Below, one piece after another: positions 34,584 to 48,325 of a stretch of DNA of 64,000 nucleotides. Position 1 is the stretch's first letter. Each line of letters begins with the position of its first letter. Where the stretch lies: assembly GCA_050084515.1 (NCBI GenBank), contig CM114271.1, positions 62,001 to 126,000 of the forward strand, read 5' to 3'. The notes beneath the pieces are model-generated. The model was given only the letters and a program-made list of their open reading frames with translations. It ran no database searches and was not told where the DNA came from. This DNA is from Blasia pusilla. Lineage: Eukaryota. Made by a program: the position numbers and the translations under genes.

Positions 34584-37500
34584 ACCTTTCCCTTCTTTCT
34601 CCTTCCCCTTACTTGCCTTTGTGTTCCATACTCCCCCGTTTCTTGCTCCCTCTACCTCCACTCCCTCCTCTCTCATTGCTCCACTTATCCTTGCCTTGCA
34701 TTCCATCATGGATTATAAAGTGTGGGTCCCACCTCTTGGAACCCATGTTTGTCCTAAGGAAGGACTTGTCCATTTTTTTGCAACCATCATTGATAATATT
34801 TGTCGAGTCCTCGATATTGTAACTAGCCTCCAATACTGTAAATAGTTGCAAGCTCCGATGAACACGTTGTAGAAGAATGCCGCCAAGTGATAATATTTGT
34901 CTTTTCCGCGATATTGTAAATAGCTGTCACCTTCACCAATGAATGCTTTTAGGATGCCGCAAGGTGAAATTAGTCTTCAGGTCCCCCATGCTGTAAAAAG
35001 CCGCTATCTCCATTGAACATAATGAGGCAGAATGCCGCCAAGTGATAAAAGACGTTGGGTCCTTGAGACTCTAAAAATCCGCCAACTCCACCTGACACAC
35101 TACGGCAGAATGTTGCCAAGTGACAATAGCCAACAAACCCCCGATATAGTAAATAGCCGACTCCGACAAACGGTGGAAAAATTTGAGAGACTTCTTAAGC
35201 AACTTTGGAGGGAAACTTCCTAGCTAATACAACCCCCTGCAAAGATTCATTCCTTGTGAGGCTTTCATACCGTGCCACATAAGATGCCGTACAGTACAGA
35301 GGGAGCACACTGGATAAGAATTGAGAGTGTAGTTTAGGGTGAAAGCACCGTTGTGGTTCAAAGGTTAATCTCTAAATTTTACTTACACATTTAATTTACT
35401 TGCTGCACCTAATCATTCAAAAATCTCAATCATTCTCCTATTGTTCATGCGAGCATGTTCATTAGATTTGATGCTTTAAGAATGGACGGTAGGGAGTCGG
35501 CTTGAGTGACATTGGGCACATCGTCCAAAGATAATGCTTGAGACTTGAGAAAACACCATTTTCCTCTTGATGAGAAAAGCCTATTCATAGGTGATGATGA
35601 CATTGAGAAGAAGTATGCAGTGTATGGATGACGGCCTTTGGTGTCAGAGTCCAAAGCCGTGGTTGACTTGTGGAAAGTTTCCATATTCGAAAATAAGCCT
35701 AATCTTGAAGGATAAAGTCTGGAAGAAGGTATGGACTCTTTAGTTACTCCAAAGTTGTGAGTGTGTGAATGTTGGAAAGGTAGGAAGGGTAGCTTGCGTG
35801 TATTTTAAGCGCCGGGTAAGAAGGAATCCTCGGCAAGATAATCACCAAGGCTGATATTTTGTAATGCAATCAGCGGATTCCAAAAGTTGGAATGCAAGTA
35901 TAGTCTTTTCTTTTGGGGTTGTGGAACTTTTGAGATGCTCATACGCTTGTGGACCCACTCCTTACAAACGTTGCTCACATGTTGTGCAGCCCAAAGACAA
36001 TCTGATTGGATGACTTTGAGTTTGCACTTGATTGTTGAATCAGATGCTCTCTTAGTGTTAGAGAAAACAATTGTGTGCGGACAAAGAAATGCCATCGGCT
36101 TCAGACTTTGAGATATGGAGCTAAGATAAGAGGGAAAGGGTTTCTTGAGAGAATCAAGGGAAAAGCATTTAGTGAAAATGAGCATGCGGATCAAAGATGA
36201 TGGTGTGTACCGGTGTGATGAAGTGAAATGCATGACGGGAGAGGATGCATATTCAAAGAAAAAATGCCTTGTACATGCAAGAGTTGATAGTCTAAGAGAC
36301 GATGGGGTAGTGGTGGAGAAAAGCCGCCAAAATATTCCTTCAAGACACATTGTTAGCGAAAATTCTCTCTCAACTAGCTATAGCAACTTTCATGGGTGCT
36401 ACATATGGTAGGTGTAAATATTTAAGTCCATTGGGATTGGGGCCTACCTTGGAGAGCCAATCTGCAACGACGACTAAAGATTGCAAGCTTTTATCAGAGT
36501 AAATTTTGTCTCTCATTGCCTTGTTGCCCAAGAGCATGGATACCCACTTGACGGCTAATCATAGACTCCCTCTAGTAGCCGTTCTCCGCTAGCAAAGCAT
36601 GGACATTCCAGCATCAAGTGTTTGGGGGCAACAAGAAAGAAATGAGGACCCTACAATTCCTAGGGATTATATTGGTACACACGCACCATGGCATCCACAA
36701 CATTCCAAGAGGCCACACCGCCTTGTCCTTAGAAGTTCCTTCATTGAGGTATTGCCATCCTCAAAGGATTTTGCTGAAAGAAGGAGGAAGCGTGGAGAAA
36801 TATCAAAGGATAAAGAGGTATCCACCATGACTTGAAATGGTGCACGCGGTGAATTTTCAAGGTACCTTTGTATGGAAAATGAGAAGGGACGACCCAAGAT
36901 CAAGAAGATTTGTGAGTAGAGGGTAAGATGTCACCGACACAAGAAGTCTAGTGCCTACTAAATAACGGTGTGTAACCTAAAGCACACATGTCTAGGCCAT
37001 ATTCACACATGGACACGCCCGACCCATAAAGCCAAGTGGCTTTCTATGGTATTAACATAGAGGGTTGTGAATCAACCAAGTATTCTTGTGGGCAAGCTTA
37101 TAAATGTCCATGCCCAGAATAACTGAAGGCACACTTGGTACTTCCTAGCTTGGAGATGCTAAGAGAACTTTCGGCATTGGATAAATAGGGTCGAATGTGC
37201 TAGTTTCCGCATGGTTCTAGCCTTCATTCACGTTGTGAACAAAGTTGACCCTCTTGCAACCACTACATGGGATGTTTGGGATTTGGAATGTAGGTTTAAG
37301 CGATTCCTCCCTGAGCCTGCGGGCTCAAGGATGAATGGGATGTTTGGGATTTGGAATGGGTCACGCCTGCCCACCTCAAGACCGTGCCTTCCTCCCCCAA
37401 AGCCCACACTTGCCCGCCCTAGCCTGCGCCCAATCAGCTCTAAGCCCACACCTTCCCGCGGTAGCCTGCGCCTGCCCACCTTGAGCCCGCATCCAATCAG

Positions 37501-39824
37501 GCTCGAGCCCCGGCCTTCTCACCCTAGCCCATGTTGAGCCCAACCTATGGACCACGCAATGGGTGTGGGCTTCAATAGCCCGGGTCTAGGTGGTGGGCTC
37601 GGGTGCAGGCCCGGGTGGGGCATGTCGAAGGATATATCCGGACTTGTCTGTTTCCGTTCAACCTTGCTTAGATGCATGCCATTCAAAAAATGGGAAATAT
37701 CCAATACAAATTTTCATAGCTTCCATGTTGGAAAGGAATGCCAACACCATCATTCTAGCGTATGGGATCTTTCTCGTGAGAGCAACAAGGATTGGGAATG
37801 GTTTGCTCACATTTGAAGATTGCAATCCCTAGCCTTGATGATCCAAATATAGTTATGATTTCAGATAAAAAAAGGGATTGCTACATGTTGTTAATATTAT
37901 TTTTTCCAATAACATATATAGCATGTGTGCTTAACATCTACGAGCAAATGTGAAATCAAGATATGGAAAAGTGGCAAAGGAGTATTTTATCGCATGCCTC
38001 TATGCAAGGTCAAGGGAAAAGTAAGTATTTCCTATCATTGACTAACTACTAATCCTAGGTGTTGGATGGTGATTATTTAATCTTTTGAACATCATTTACT
38101 AGTGTCTAATTTGAGTCATGGTGCCTAATTTCAGTCATGACTCCTAATCTTAGTCTTGGCGGCTAATCTCAATGTTGCCTGCTAAACTCAGTGTTGGTGG
38201 TTTTTGGCAAAGGTTTTAGGATTCGTCTTCATTGTGTATAGGTTTGAATTTTGGTTGAATGAGATGGAAAGGCATCATATACAGAAGATTTGTGACCTTA
38301 TTTCTTATATCCGAGAGAAATAGAACCACAAAAGTATGCTAGGTATGGACTCTCCTTACCTCGATATGGCAAAGTTAGTTCAAATCTAGTAGAGGTAATA
38401 AATTATGCCATCAAGCCAATTACAGACATTCCTCCTTTGGGCATTCCATGCGGGTTTTGGAACTATATGATGAAAACTTAGACCGAGAGGAAGTTAGAAG
38501 CATACCACCCTCATAAATACAACTTCTCGGTAACCACCTATGCCCTACTTCAATATCGATATAAGGAGAGCATATGTCAAGGGTTTGAAGTGATTTCCTC
38601 TGATGAAGCGCTTTTGTCATCTCAACAACAAATATGCATGAATCCATGTTCAGTTGAGTCCTAAGTGTCAATGTTCCTACCTTGAGTTTCAAGATAAATG
38701 TTGGCCTTGTACTCATGTAATGGCTTGAGATATGTTCACTGGAATGGATTCATAATAGCTATTTGATTGATTTGGAACAATTACTTCATCAAGCGCATCT
38801 ATAGTAGTAGTATACCAAGGGTAAAGTGTGATGACCTTATCCCATCCTGTTGCAACTCGATGAGGACATCATCGTGTTGTACGTATTCCTAGAAATGGAC
38901 CTAGAAGGTCGCATAACGACTAAAGAAGTTCAAGGAAAAATATCCTACCCAATACATGACTATGCAACAAGTTAGAAATAAATATGGATGGCGTTGCTTC
39001 ACGTGGAGACATACCTAAAGGGAGAGGATATGTGAGAATTGGTCGGCGGTGTTCCCATTGCTTGAGAGAAGGGCACAACCAAAATATTTGTGAGGATCTA
39101 AAATCAGATATAGCGTTGGAAGACCCATGAGGAGAAGATCTCACATCCATAGACATAGCCCCAAGTAGTGCAAAGAACTATCAATCTTGCGGATAATAGC
39201 GGTGATATAGGGGATGTCAATGGTGTATATACTTCTCCTGTGAGTGAGCAACAAAGGAAAATGATGGATTTGGCAAATAAAAGTGTGGATCATATGGCGT
39301 ATAATGGTGTTGATTAGTTGGCAAAAAGAAATGTTGTACACAATTGTATTAGAACCCAGCAATCAAGTCTAGGGGTGAAGGTAGAAATAAAGCGACCTTT
39401 ATTTGCATGAGAATAGGAGGTAGGAGAATAGTGGTGATCATTGGGTGGAGTATTTTTCTTATTTGGCCAATACCAATGTTGCTCCAGTGGCGGTTAATCA
39501 TGGCGGCTATGGGAAAGAAAATAGTAGTGGTGGTTTGGTAGTTGATCAAAGTGGAGTTATCCTAGAGTAAAATTTTGGAAAGGACTTCAGATTTTTTGTT
39601 CTTAATATTCATGGATAAACGTGTTGTCTTGCCAACCCAAATAATTGCAATATAGAATAGAATTTCTTTTAAGCTGCCTGAAAGTCCTTCTGGTATTACA
39701 ATTCAATGCATATATGGGCCTAGGGGACACGATTTAAGCCACCAACCATCCTAGCTAGTCATGCATCATCTAAAATGGAGTACCTAGTAGGCATTTGTTT
39801 CCTTTTATTACCTTAGTAGCCTCA
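34581..39824 (+). repeat. Inverted copy of 7779-13033 (MULE segment), more diverged than the direct duplicate
   Basis: Reverse-complement identity throughout, with scattered substitutions. Confidence 0.95.
36770..39130 (+). pseudogene. MULE/MuDR-type transposase, decayed (inverted copy)
   Basis: CE*RVRCHRHKK..ITVCNLKHTC, YFLAWRC, LDACHSKNGKY, KDWEWF, MISDKKKGL, SWIM CQCS..PCTHVMA and CSHCLREGHNQNIC. Confidence 0.87.
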
Positions 39825-42246
39825 TGTAATATACAAGAGTTTCTATTTTACAGTCGTTTAATAAGTTCGATCCCCAAGAGGCATTCTTAGGGGATTGGAA
39901 GTGAATTCTCGCAAACTGTGAACTGAAACATTCCAAACACATCCAAAACCATGACATCTTGCCTCAATAACGAATTCCCTAAACCACGGCTGGACAAGCT
40001 ATCATCTAAATGCATACCCACGTGAAGTCAAGACAAGTATGATAAGGCACATATACCTAACCTGGTTCTTATCTCGATGGAGATCTCAATCATCACTAAC
40101 AATCCTCACCGATGTGGTCCAACGCTTCCAACGACATTCCTGAATGACAAATGTAACACACCCAACTTTAGATAATGACTCAATCCTTTGATATGTACAC
40201 TTCATCATGGCCCTGGTGTAATAAATGTTTCGAGCAAAGATCTAGACAAACAAACTATAAAGCTAATCTGCTGTGACTGACCATAGTATTTTACCTTACA
40301 CTCACATCAAATCAACAACTAAAGCAAGTGACTAACCTACGTGAAGGCGCAAGGAGAACAAGGAGAAGAGTGACGTAGAAGTAAGTACTTGGTAGGTCAA
40401 GGAGTGAATGTCTTGGTTCCCTTCGTGATATTTGAGTCTTACTTTGCTCTTGTACCTGATACACAACACTAGTTGAGCCAAATTCAACCAATTCCATGGT
40501 TGGCACGATATGTATATATATAAAAAAGAGTTCTAATGTATGGAAAGCAAGAAAGTGCTTGTTGCTCAGATGGGTGTAGAAAGACAAGCAAGTGAAGAAG
40601 TACTATATGAGAGGAGGAGACACTCTCATATAGTGTGAGTGTTGACTAAACAACGTGTTTGTCGGATCTTCCAAGTGTCATCCAAGAAACTATTCACGGA
40701 CCATCTACTTTACGTGATTGGGATCCCCAATAGACATTATTTACCACTATAGTAGTAGCTTTGGGCAATGAATCAAGGCTCTTGAATGTGTTGAACAATT
40801 CAGTGCTACGAGAATGAGAGAGAGAGAAAGACTATACTATCAAGAAGTGCGTGTTGTAGCCTTGCAACCATAGACCCCTCGCCTTGGTTGGACGGTGCTT
40901 GAGAGCGGGATGGGTGTAGAGAGAGAAGCAAGTGAAGAAGATACCTTGAACAATTCTGGTGCTACCAGCTTAGCAATATCAGCATATGCTCTTGCTATGA
41001 GGAATACGACTTTTGCGTAGGAAGCCAAGTAATGGCTAGATGCTTCATCCTCATCGTCACAAAAGGCGAGCAAAATCACAATGATCTGGGAACTCCAAGT
41101 CCAATCAAGAAGAGAGAGAGAGAGAATTCAAGCGGATGCCAAGGAGAGATTTAAGAAGTGAGATGTGAGCAGAAAACTTCACACTATTCAATTTGGAGAT
41201 CTTCTTCATGAAATCAATGTTCAACCAAACTTAAGACGAGCAGAATGTTGAGTGAAAAAAAAGCGTGCTTGCCTCTTTTATACAGCCCAACTTTAGAAAA
41301 GAGGTAATAAATAAAGATGACTTTATAAAAAGTAAAGTAGTGAGATTGGTACTTTAATGAAAAGTAAAAATACGCTTTGGTTGGTGGCTAGGTTAGTTGG
41401 GGTAATTTGGAAAATATCAAGTGGGTAAAGAGGATATTTTGGAAGAGATAAGAGGAAATCTACTTGTGTCAAAATATGATTGGCTAAGCCTTGAGAGGAA
41501 GCCATGTGGCACAAGATAAGATTAGCTCTATTTCTTACTCTTGTGGGTCTCTTGTGAGTATATAAAGAGGAGGGATCTTCAAGGGTTCATCATCTTCTAT
41601 TCCACATCTTGAGTCTTTCGTGTCACTGTTGAGGTGTATGATTTTGGGATTGCTTGCTCTTCCAATGAGAGTGGATCACCCCTCTTGGGAGAGTAACTTG
41701 ACCATGGTCTATTCTTTGAGAGATTTCTAGAGTGTGGTGTGTGTGGAGATGAGAGGTTTGTCACCTTAGAGGAGTTTAGTCATACTAAAATAGTGAATGT
41801 TTTGGCTTGTTTTCTTCCCCAATGAGAGTGGATTACCCCTCTTGGGAGAATAACTTCGCCAAAACCCATTCTTGAGGAGAGTAGAGAATGTTTGTCAAGC
41901 ATGGATAGGGGTGGAGCACGAGTTGTGCCCGACTTTCCTTTCTTTAATTCATACCATGTTAAGATACTCTTTGTAGATAGGCACTGGTTCACTCGCTATT
42001 TAGTTTATCACTTTGGGGAGGCGTTCATGATCTAGGTCATTCAATCTCCAACTCCGGTGATCCTTCCTATCGTCACATATGGAAGGACATGGGATTGTTC
42101 TTTGTATGTCCTTATAAAGCAATCCATGGACGTCAATAGGCCTGCTCAAGTAGGGTTTAATACTATTTGTGCTATCTTCCTCGTATATTAGCGTAAAATA
42201 GTTTATAGGGATTTTATACTTAGGAATTTCGGGGTCCGATGTTACG
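39825..42246 (+). mobile_element. Probable long 5' LTR of a gypsy element
   Basis: Begins TGTAAT exactly where the inverted MULE homology stops and ends in an imperfect GTTACG. It contains a TATATAAAG (~41559) and an internal repeat CCAATGAGAGTGGAT(C/T)ACCCCTCTTGGGAGA (41662, 41819). A gag start follows. Confidence 0.45.
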
Positions 42247-42487
42247 AAGAAGTGATCGCCTCGGCACTTCCATTTGTGATACCTGTCATGAGAGAATGGA
42301 GAGTATACATAATAAATTTATATTGAAAAAGAGATCTTCTCAGAGAATTCATCTTGCATCGACCCCGTCTGCCGCAGCTAGAAGGCCTGCCCTTACTCGA
42401 AGAAAGGCTCTCGACACGACAAATGGTGCTTCCATTGAGAGATCTTTGAGGCTGTAGATTGTGTTTGCAAGTTGGAGTCTTATCAAG

Positions 42488-42673
42488 ATGACTACTTTTG
42501 GTAGTACTTCATTAATGGGAAGTGAGGGAGCTGAGGATCTTCTCCGAACTTTGACAACATTGTTGAGCCAACAAGGAGGAGTTCACATAGGAGAGCAAAG
42601 ATCAACAAGGGCTCTTCAAGCGATTCTAAAGAAGTTGGGGAGATTTGATGGGAGGAACATGGCTCAAATGTGA
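42488..42673 (+). pseudogene. Truncated N-terminus of a moss-type gypsy gag
   Basis: STRALQAILKKLGRFDGRN resembles the conserved start of bryophyte gypsy gag, recognised from memory. Confidence 0.55.
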
Positions 42674-44299
42674 GTCCTCAGGATGAGGTACTTGGGATTC
42701 TTACTTGTGGATATGCGATTTTGACTCTGCATCAATGGCTTTGTTGGTTGGTGAGCATGGGCTTAAAAACTTGCTAAAGGAAGTGCGATGCATAAAAACG
42801 TGCTTCATAGCATCATTCTTGAGCACATGCGACTAAATCGCTGAAATTATTGTGCGTTGATTGGATGACTGAGGGCCTCTCCGTCAAAGAAAGTGAGCAA
42901 ACCTTGAGAGAGTCAGGCCGAACAGCGTCACGGGCTTCGACTACCCTCATACACCACACTATCACTTCTTTCTCCTACTACCGGGGTCTCGGGCCAAAAG
43001 AATATCGGGCTTCCGACTACCCTCACACACCACACTATCACTCCTTTCTCCTACTACAAGCCGGTCCTCGCCCTCGATTGCTCTTCTCTATGTCTTCACC
43101 TTGCTTCGCCGCTTCACTGATCCTGTCCCCTCCCACCCTCTTGTGCTTTGCGCTCCTCCCTCTTGTGCTCTGCGCTCCGCTCTCTCACTTTCAAACAACC
43201 TCCTCTCAAGCTCCCTAGAGAGGGCGTGCAAGGCAAAAGCCCAGCCAAGATACGTAAGCTAACACTTCCCAGAGATCATCACAATAATAGGTAAATTGAA
43301 AAACGTTCCCGTTGTCAACTATTTTACCATTCTCTTCCTAGGGACAGACTGAGCATGAAGAGATGTTTGTTCACACTCCTCAGAAAGAAGTGAATACAGG
43401 TCGAGACATTGGATGCAAAATCTACTAATTCAAAGAGAGTTTTCAATCGGCTTTTGAATTTATCATTTGAGCAGAGATCCGATGTTTTTTGTAGCTTAAA
43501 GCTTACATGAAGGGACGTCATCTCACAAATTCTTGGGTGTATTATGACGATTAGAAATTAGAGCCATTATAGCCCACCATAGCTCAACTGTTCGGCAACG
43601 AGTAGTTGCTTTGATTCTCTCTAAATCTAAAGAGGAGGAGGCCAAAGGGCCAAATCCTTGGCAAGCAATTCTGGACTTCCTGCAAGCTCTATTCTATGGA
43701 TTGGCTCCGTTGGGTAAAAAGTACCACTCATCAATAGCTGCTATTACAACAATGCATTCTGGTGTGAAGAGCGATAGTGGACTTACCCGAATTTGAGGAT
43801 CCAACTCTCCTTGTGGAAGCTTTCTTGCTGGTCTAGACAAGGTACTTGATTCGGGCACGCACTATTCAATCGCCCTTTTGCATCATGCGATGTGTATAGC
43901 TGGGCGCACACTATCAACGTTCTCCGAGATGTGCAGTGAGAGGTTTCTTCTCAGAGTGAGGCGAAGATAGAAATGAACAAGAGAGAGAAAGGACACCCGA
44001 AACTGGAGTTTTTCTTGACTGACTCTATCCCTGCGCATTCAATCTGCATGCTTTACTTAGTAGGTTCTCCTCACCAACATCGCTACAACAGCTTCAAAGC
44101 TCAGTGCACTCAATCCATAGCTTAATCTACCATCACCATTCCTCGCATTCTCACTTGTTGTGGAGTTTGGGAGACACAGAACGCGGGAATGTGGAGGGTC
44201 TGAACCTCGGCAGTACGAATAAAACCGAGCAACACGAATGAGCCCAAGTTTTTGAATCTGACACATCAAGCCACCTCTGTCTAAACATGCCACATCAAC

Positions 44300-45460
44300 C
44301 TAGGAAGTTGTAAATGTCCCACTCCAAACCTTCCTCCTCCTTGTTAACACCTCCTTTTCTAACCTCCACCCTCACCAAGCGTTCTAAGAACCTGGAGACT
44401 TTGCCCAAAGGGACACCCCAACACTAGGAACAAAGGGAAAAAGAAAAAAGTTGAAATAACCACACCCACATCGATTTAAAAATCGTAAACCCAAATTGGG
44501 GTGTTTCATTTTGGGGGGGAGCATGAGGGGTTCAAAAGCAGATCCAAACCGTTGAACTGGTGCCAAGATTTAATTCCGAGGTGTGTGCCAATTTTGATTG
44601 CCATCCAATGGTGGGATGAAAAGCTATGTCCATGTTAACCTCAGAAATCGCAAAACGCCCTATTCCTCCTTGGTCTGGTCGGTTTTTGTAGCCTCCACCC
44701 TCCATATGGTGCCCAAAGATCATAAGACTTCCTCCTGAATGGCAACCCTAACCCAAGAACAGAGGAAAAAAGAAAAAATTACAAATGAACACTCACACAT
44801 GGAATTAAAAATCTTAACCCTAAAAGTGATCTTTCATTTCTGGTTTGAGCACTGAGAGCTAACCAGCAGATCTGAACCGTTCAAGATGTGGAAGAATTTA
44901 AGACCTTGATGTGTGCCAGGTTTCATCACCATCCAATGGTGGGAGAGAAAATTAACTGCATGATACAATGAAAATGCCATCAGGACTAGAAACAATCTTA
45001 CTCGACGCCCTCTTCCTCCTTCTTGGCCTTGCTTTTTGTACCCTCCACCCTCCACATGGGGCCCAAAAATCATAAAACTTTTTATTGGATGGCAACCCTA
45101 ACCATCCAATGGTGGGAGAAAAAGGTAATTGCATGATACAATGAAAATGCCATCAAGACTAGAAACAATCCTACTCAAGGCGCTCTTCCTTCTTCTTGGC
45201 GTGTCTTTTTGTACCCTCCACCCTCCATAGGGGGCCCTAAAATCATAAAATATTCCTACTAGTGAACCCTTTACCGTGGAACAAAGGGCAAGAGAAAAAA
45301 CTTCATATGACCACTCACACATGGAATTAAAAATCATGAACCGTAAAGTGGTCTTTCCTTTTTGGTTTAAGAATGGAAAGCTAACTGCCAGATGTGAACC
45401 GTTGAAGCAGTGGAAGGATTTAGGACCTTGGCTTGTGTTAACTTTCACTGCTAAACGCAA
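44300..45460. repeat. Degenerate ~345-bp tandem repeat with a partial ~173-bp duplication
   Basis: CCTCCACCCTC core near 44363, 44692, 45042 and 45214. CCATCCAATGGTGGGA, GGCAACCCTAACC and CACTCACACATGGAATTAAAAATC recur. Confidence 0.8.
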
Positions 45461-45797
45461 GATGCAACAAATTTTTTAAATCCATGATGACATGAAAATG
45501 GCAGAGAGACGTGGAACCTTCTCTTCATGCATGAGCCCTCTTTTAGTACATTTCCGCCTGAACCAAGGGTGCAAGAATGTTCAATTTTTTTCCCGAGGGG
45601 CAACCCAATCCTAGGAATGTAGGACATATAAATATTTATATATCCCAACAACATTAAAAGATACATTATCATTGGAGCATGAGACCACAAAAACACACTA
45701 GTCATTATTTATGACTCAGTATTACTAGGCAAGTGAAAGAAGTACGACTAGTCTTTACTAAAGGGTATTGATAACTACTTTAGTAATAAGTACATGA

Positions 45798-45968
45798 CTA
45801 GGTGAGTTGTGCAACCGTGAAGGGAAGGGACTAATGATGTTACACATACATTCAATTTTTTTTCCTACTGCCCGTTGCATGTGAAACATTTTCTTGCTGC
45901 CCAGTTGCCACATGTCATATAGAGAAGTGTTTGCTAATCAAGAAGGCACTCTCCTATAATAATATAGA
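45798..45968 (-). mobile_element. Helitron-like mini-element homologous to 13918-14045 plus 15231-15239
   Basis: Shared CCGTGAAGGGAAG..AATGAT..ACACATA..AAGTGTTTGC..TCAAGAAGGCACTCTCC.ATAA.AATATAGAT. The minus strand begins A|TCTATATT. Confidence 0.5.
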
Positions 45969-45983
45969 TAGTAAGGTGCCCAT

Positions 45984-46845
45984 TGTCACGTCTTTTAGGA
46001 TAGATTGGTGAGATCTAGTAGAGCGCCTTCGTGAGTAGTGGAGGACAAGCTCCGTAGGTCTAGGATGATCAACTGAGGCCTTGAGAAACTTGAGAGAGCA
46101 TGTTTCCCCTTCGTTTCGGCTCATTTGGAGCCATATTGAGGAACTTACTATTTCAGGTAAGTACCATTTTGAGTATATGATCAACTTTCTATTTTGTTAA
46201 GTGGCCCTTGACCTCCTACATCAAATCAAGAGCCAAAGAGGTGACTTGGGAGCATAGGTTAACATGGAGAGAGCTTGGGAGAGGGAGGGGATACTTCAAG
46301 GAGAGAGAGCTTGAGAGCTCATTCTCTCTTTGTTGAACCTCTTGGGATGAGGCGGCGGAGCTATGGTCTTTCTTGCCTTGTGTGTGTAACCCAAACCTCT
46401 CATTAGGAGAGTGGGTTTGGTTTGACATTGAGTAAGACATGTGAGAACTATGGTGTTGTGAGAGAGATTGGATCATATTTTACAAAGAGAGAATGAGTGA
46501 GTGAGAGAGCTTCATGGGGGAGCTTGTTGGTCACTCGTTGGTTTGGCAAGTTGGGGATCGTATTCCCCGTTCAGCGGTTCATGGGAGTGCTCACCGGCGT
46601 CAGAGCCGCTTACTTGTGATGTTTCCTTTGCCGATTTTTCGTGGGGAAGAGTGACACGCGGAAGTGCTGCCCAATTTTCGATAGGAATTGAGTATGGGGC
46701 GGATTGCTCCATGCCGGTGCTCTCATGAGCATCATGTAGCTTCCTTATTTGTCTTCTTATAGGTTTTATATTTTCTGGGGGAGAAATCAGCGCAGAAGCG
46801 TTGCCAAATTTTGTGTATTAGAAAGAGACATTGGGTTTTACGACA
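45984..46845 (-). mobile_element. Probable 3' LTR (~860 bp) with adjacent polypurine tract
   Basis: TGTC...GACA termini. On the minus strand AGAAGGGGAT directly precedes TGTCG. No TSD or partner LTR was seen. Confidence 0.45.
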
Positions 46846-48325
46846 ATCCCCTTCTGTTATTACTCGAATGTTTGATTCAAAATATTTCTTGACGCCATTG
46901 TAAATTGCAAAGTTATGCATGCTTTGCAACAAACAATGCACAATTTGGAGATGCGAGCAAAAATTTATGGTCAATCTTGCAAAACTTCCATTGCTAGGCA
47001 TTTTTTAGGGTTAAATTGTTCAAACCCTAAACCAGCCGCCGTCGTCATACTCACCATCAACGGTCAACCATCATCATCGATGGTGAACCATCACCATCAA
47101 CGTTCAACTTTCACCATCAACGGTCCGCCGTCACCATCAACATCAATGGTCCACCGTCCACCGTCGGCCGCTGTCGCCGCCTACGCCGCCGAGAGCGTTC
47201 GCCGTTGTCCACCCTTTGGTTGCCATTTTTGCCATTACGAAGTGGAGGGTCTTCCACGAGGACCGTTGATTCTTTCACTTGCGCCGCCATCACGTACTTT
47301 GTTTTGGCCGCCACCGTCATTGTAGTTTCGTCATCAAGCAGTGATGGCAGATGACCTCGGGTTATGGTTTTTTAGTTTTCATTTCATGCTGCTATGCTGT
47401 AATTGGTAGCCGCTTAACAAAAATCGAGTACCATACCGTGATGCCCGTAGCGCGAATCGGGCGCCGATTGGCGTGCCCGTGCCGCGGGTGGCACCCGCAT
47501 CCGTCTTGACGCGGAGCGCTCCTTCACTAAGGATCGAGCGTGTGAATTGCTGATTGAGGAGGGTGCGGGCAAGTGCCGCACTCCATTACGAGTTCCATGT
47601 CATTAAGAGCTATTCCGTGCCGTACTAGACCGCAGACTGCACCGTACATCGAGGAGGTTTGAGGGGCGTCAATACGAGAGGAGTCCAACTTTCCGATTGG
47701 AGAGTTGTCTTCACAACCAAAGTTGGGGTCGAGATTTGCGGTTGTCGAGGAGCGACATCGATATTATTGTCAAGTTACCTATTCGGTCTCTTGCCGCACG
47801 TGTGAGTGATTTTTGGGTATTGGGAAGTTATTTGGGATATTGTTTCGTGCGATCTTTGAGAGCATCAATGATGTATGGATTTGGGGACATAGAGCGTGTG
47901 TGGGATGTCGAGTTAAGGATGGTTTGTCGATGAGATGGTAGATGAGTTGATTTGCCGGACGCGCGCTTGTTGTCGTACAACACACGTCTTCGAGAGAGTG
48001 TAGATTGGGTGCCGCATGTTTAGTTTTAGTGATTGAGGGATGGATCCTGATCAGAGTCGATGGGTCCTGATCAGAGTTTATGGAGAGTTGGTGATGTTGT
48101 TAGTATGCAGGCACGGAGGGCGATGGGAGAAGTGAGTGCGACGATTGCTGATGCTCAAGAGGGGCATGTGTCGAGCACGTTGTTGGGGCGCCACCATTGA
48201 GTACCAAGCTCCTTTATTTTCTGCTTCCGATGTTATGACGCGTTGGGAGGTACGCCCGCCCAGTTTTTTAGCCGGGCGCTACACTATGTGAGCGTGGAGT
48301 TGGAGTTCTTGCATCACGTTCAAAG

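Noticed and set aside
43250-44290. Coding-looking stretch with scattered stops
   Set aside because: No domain recognised in the frames I translated.
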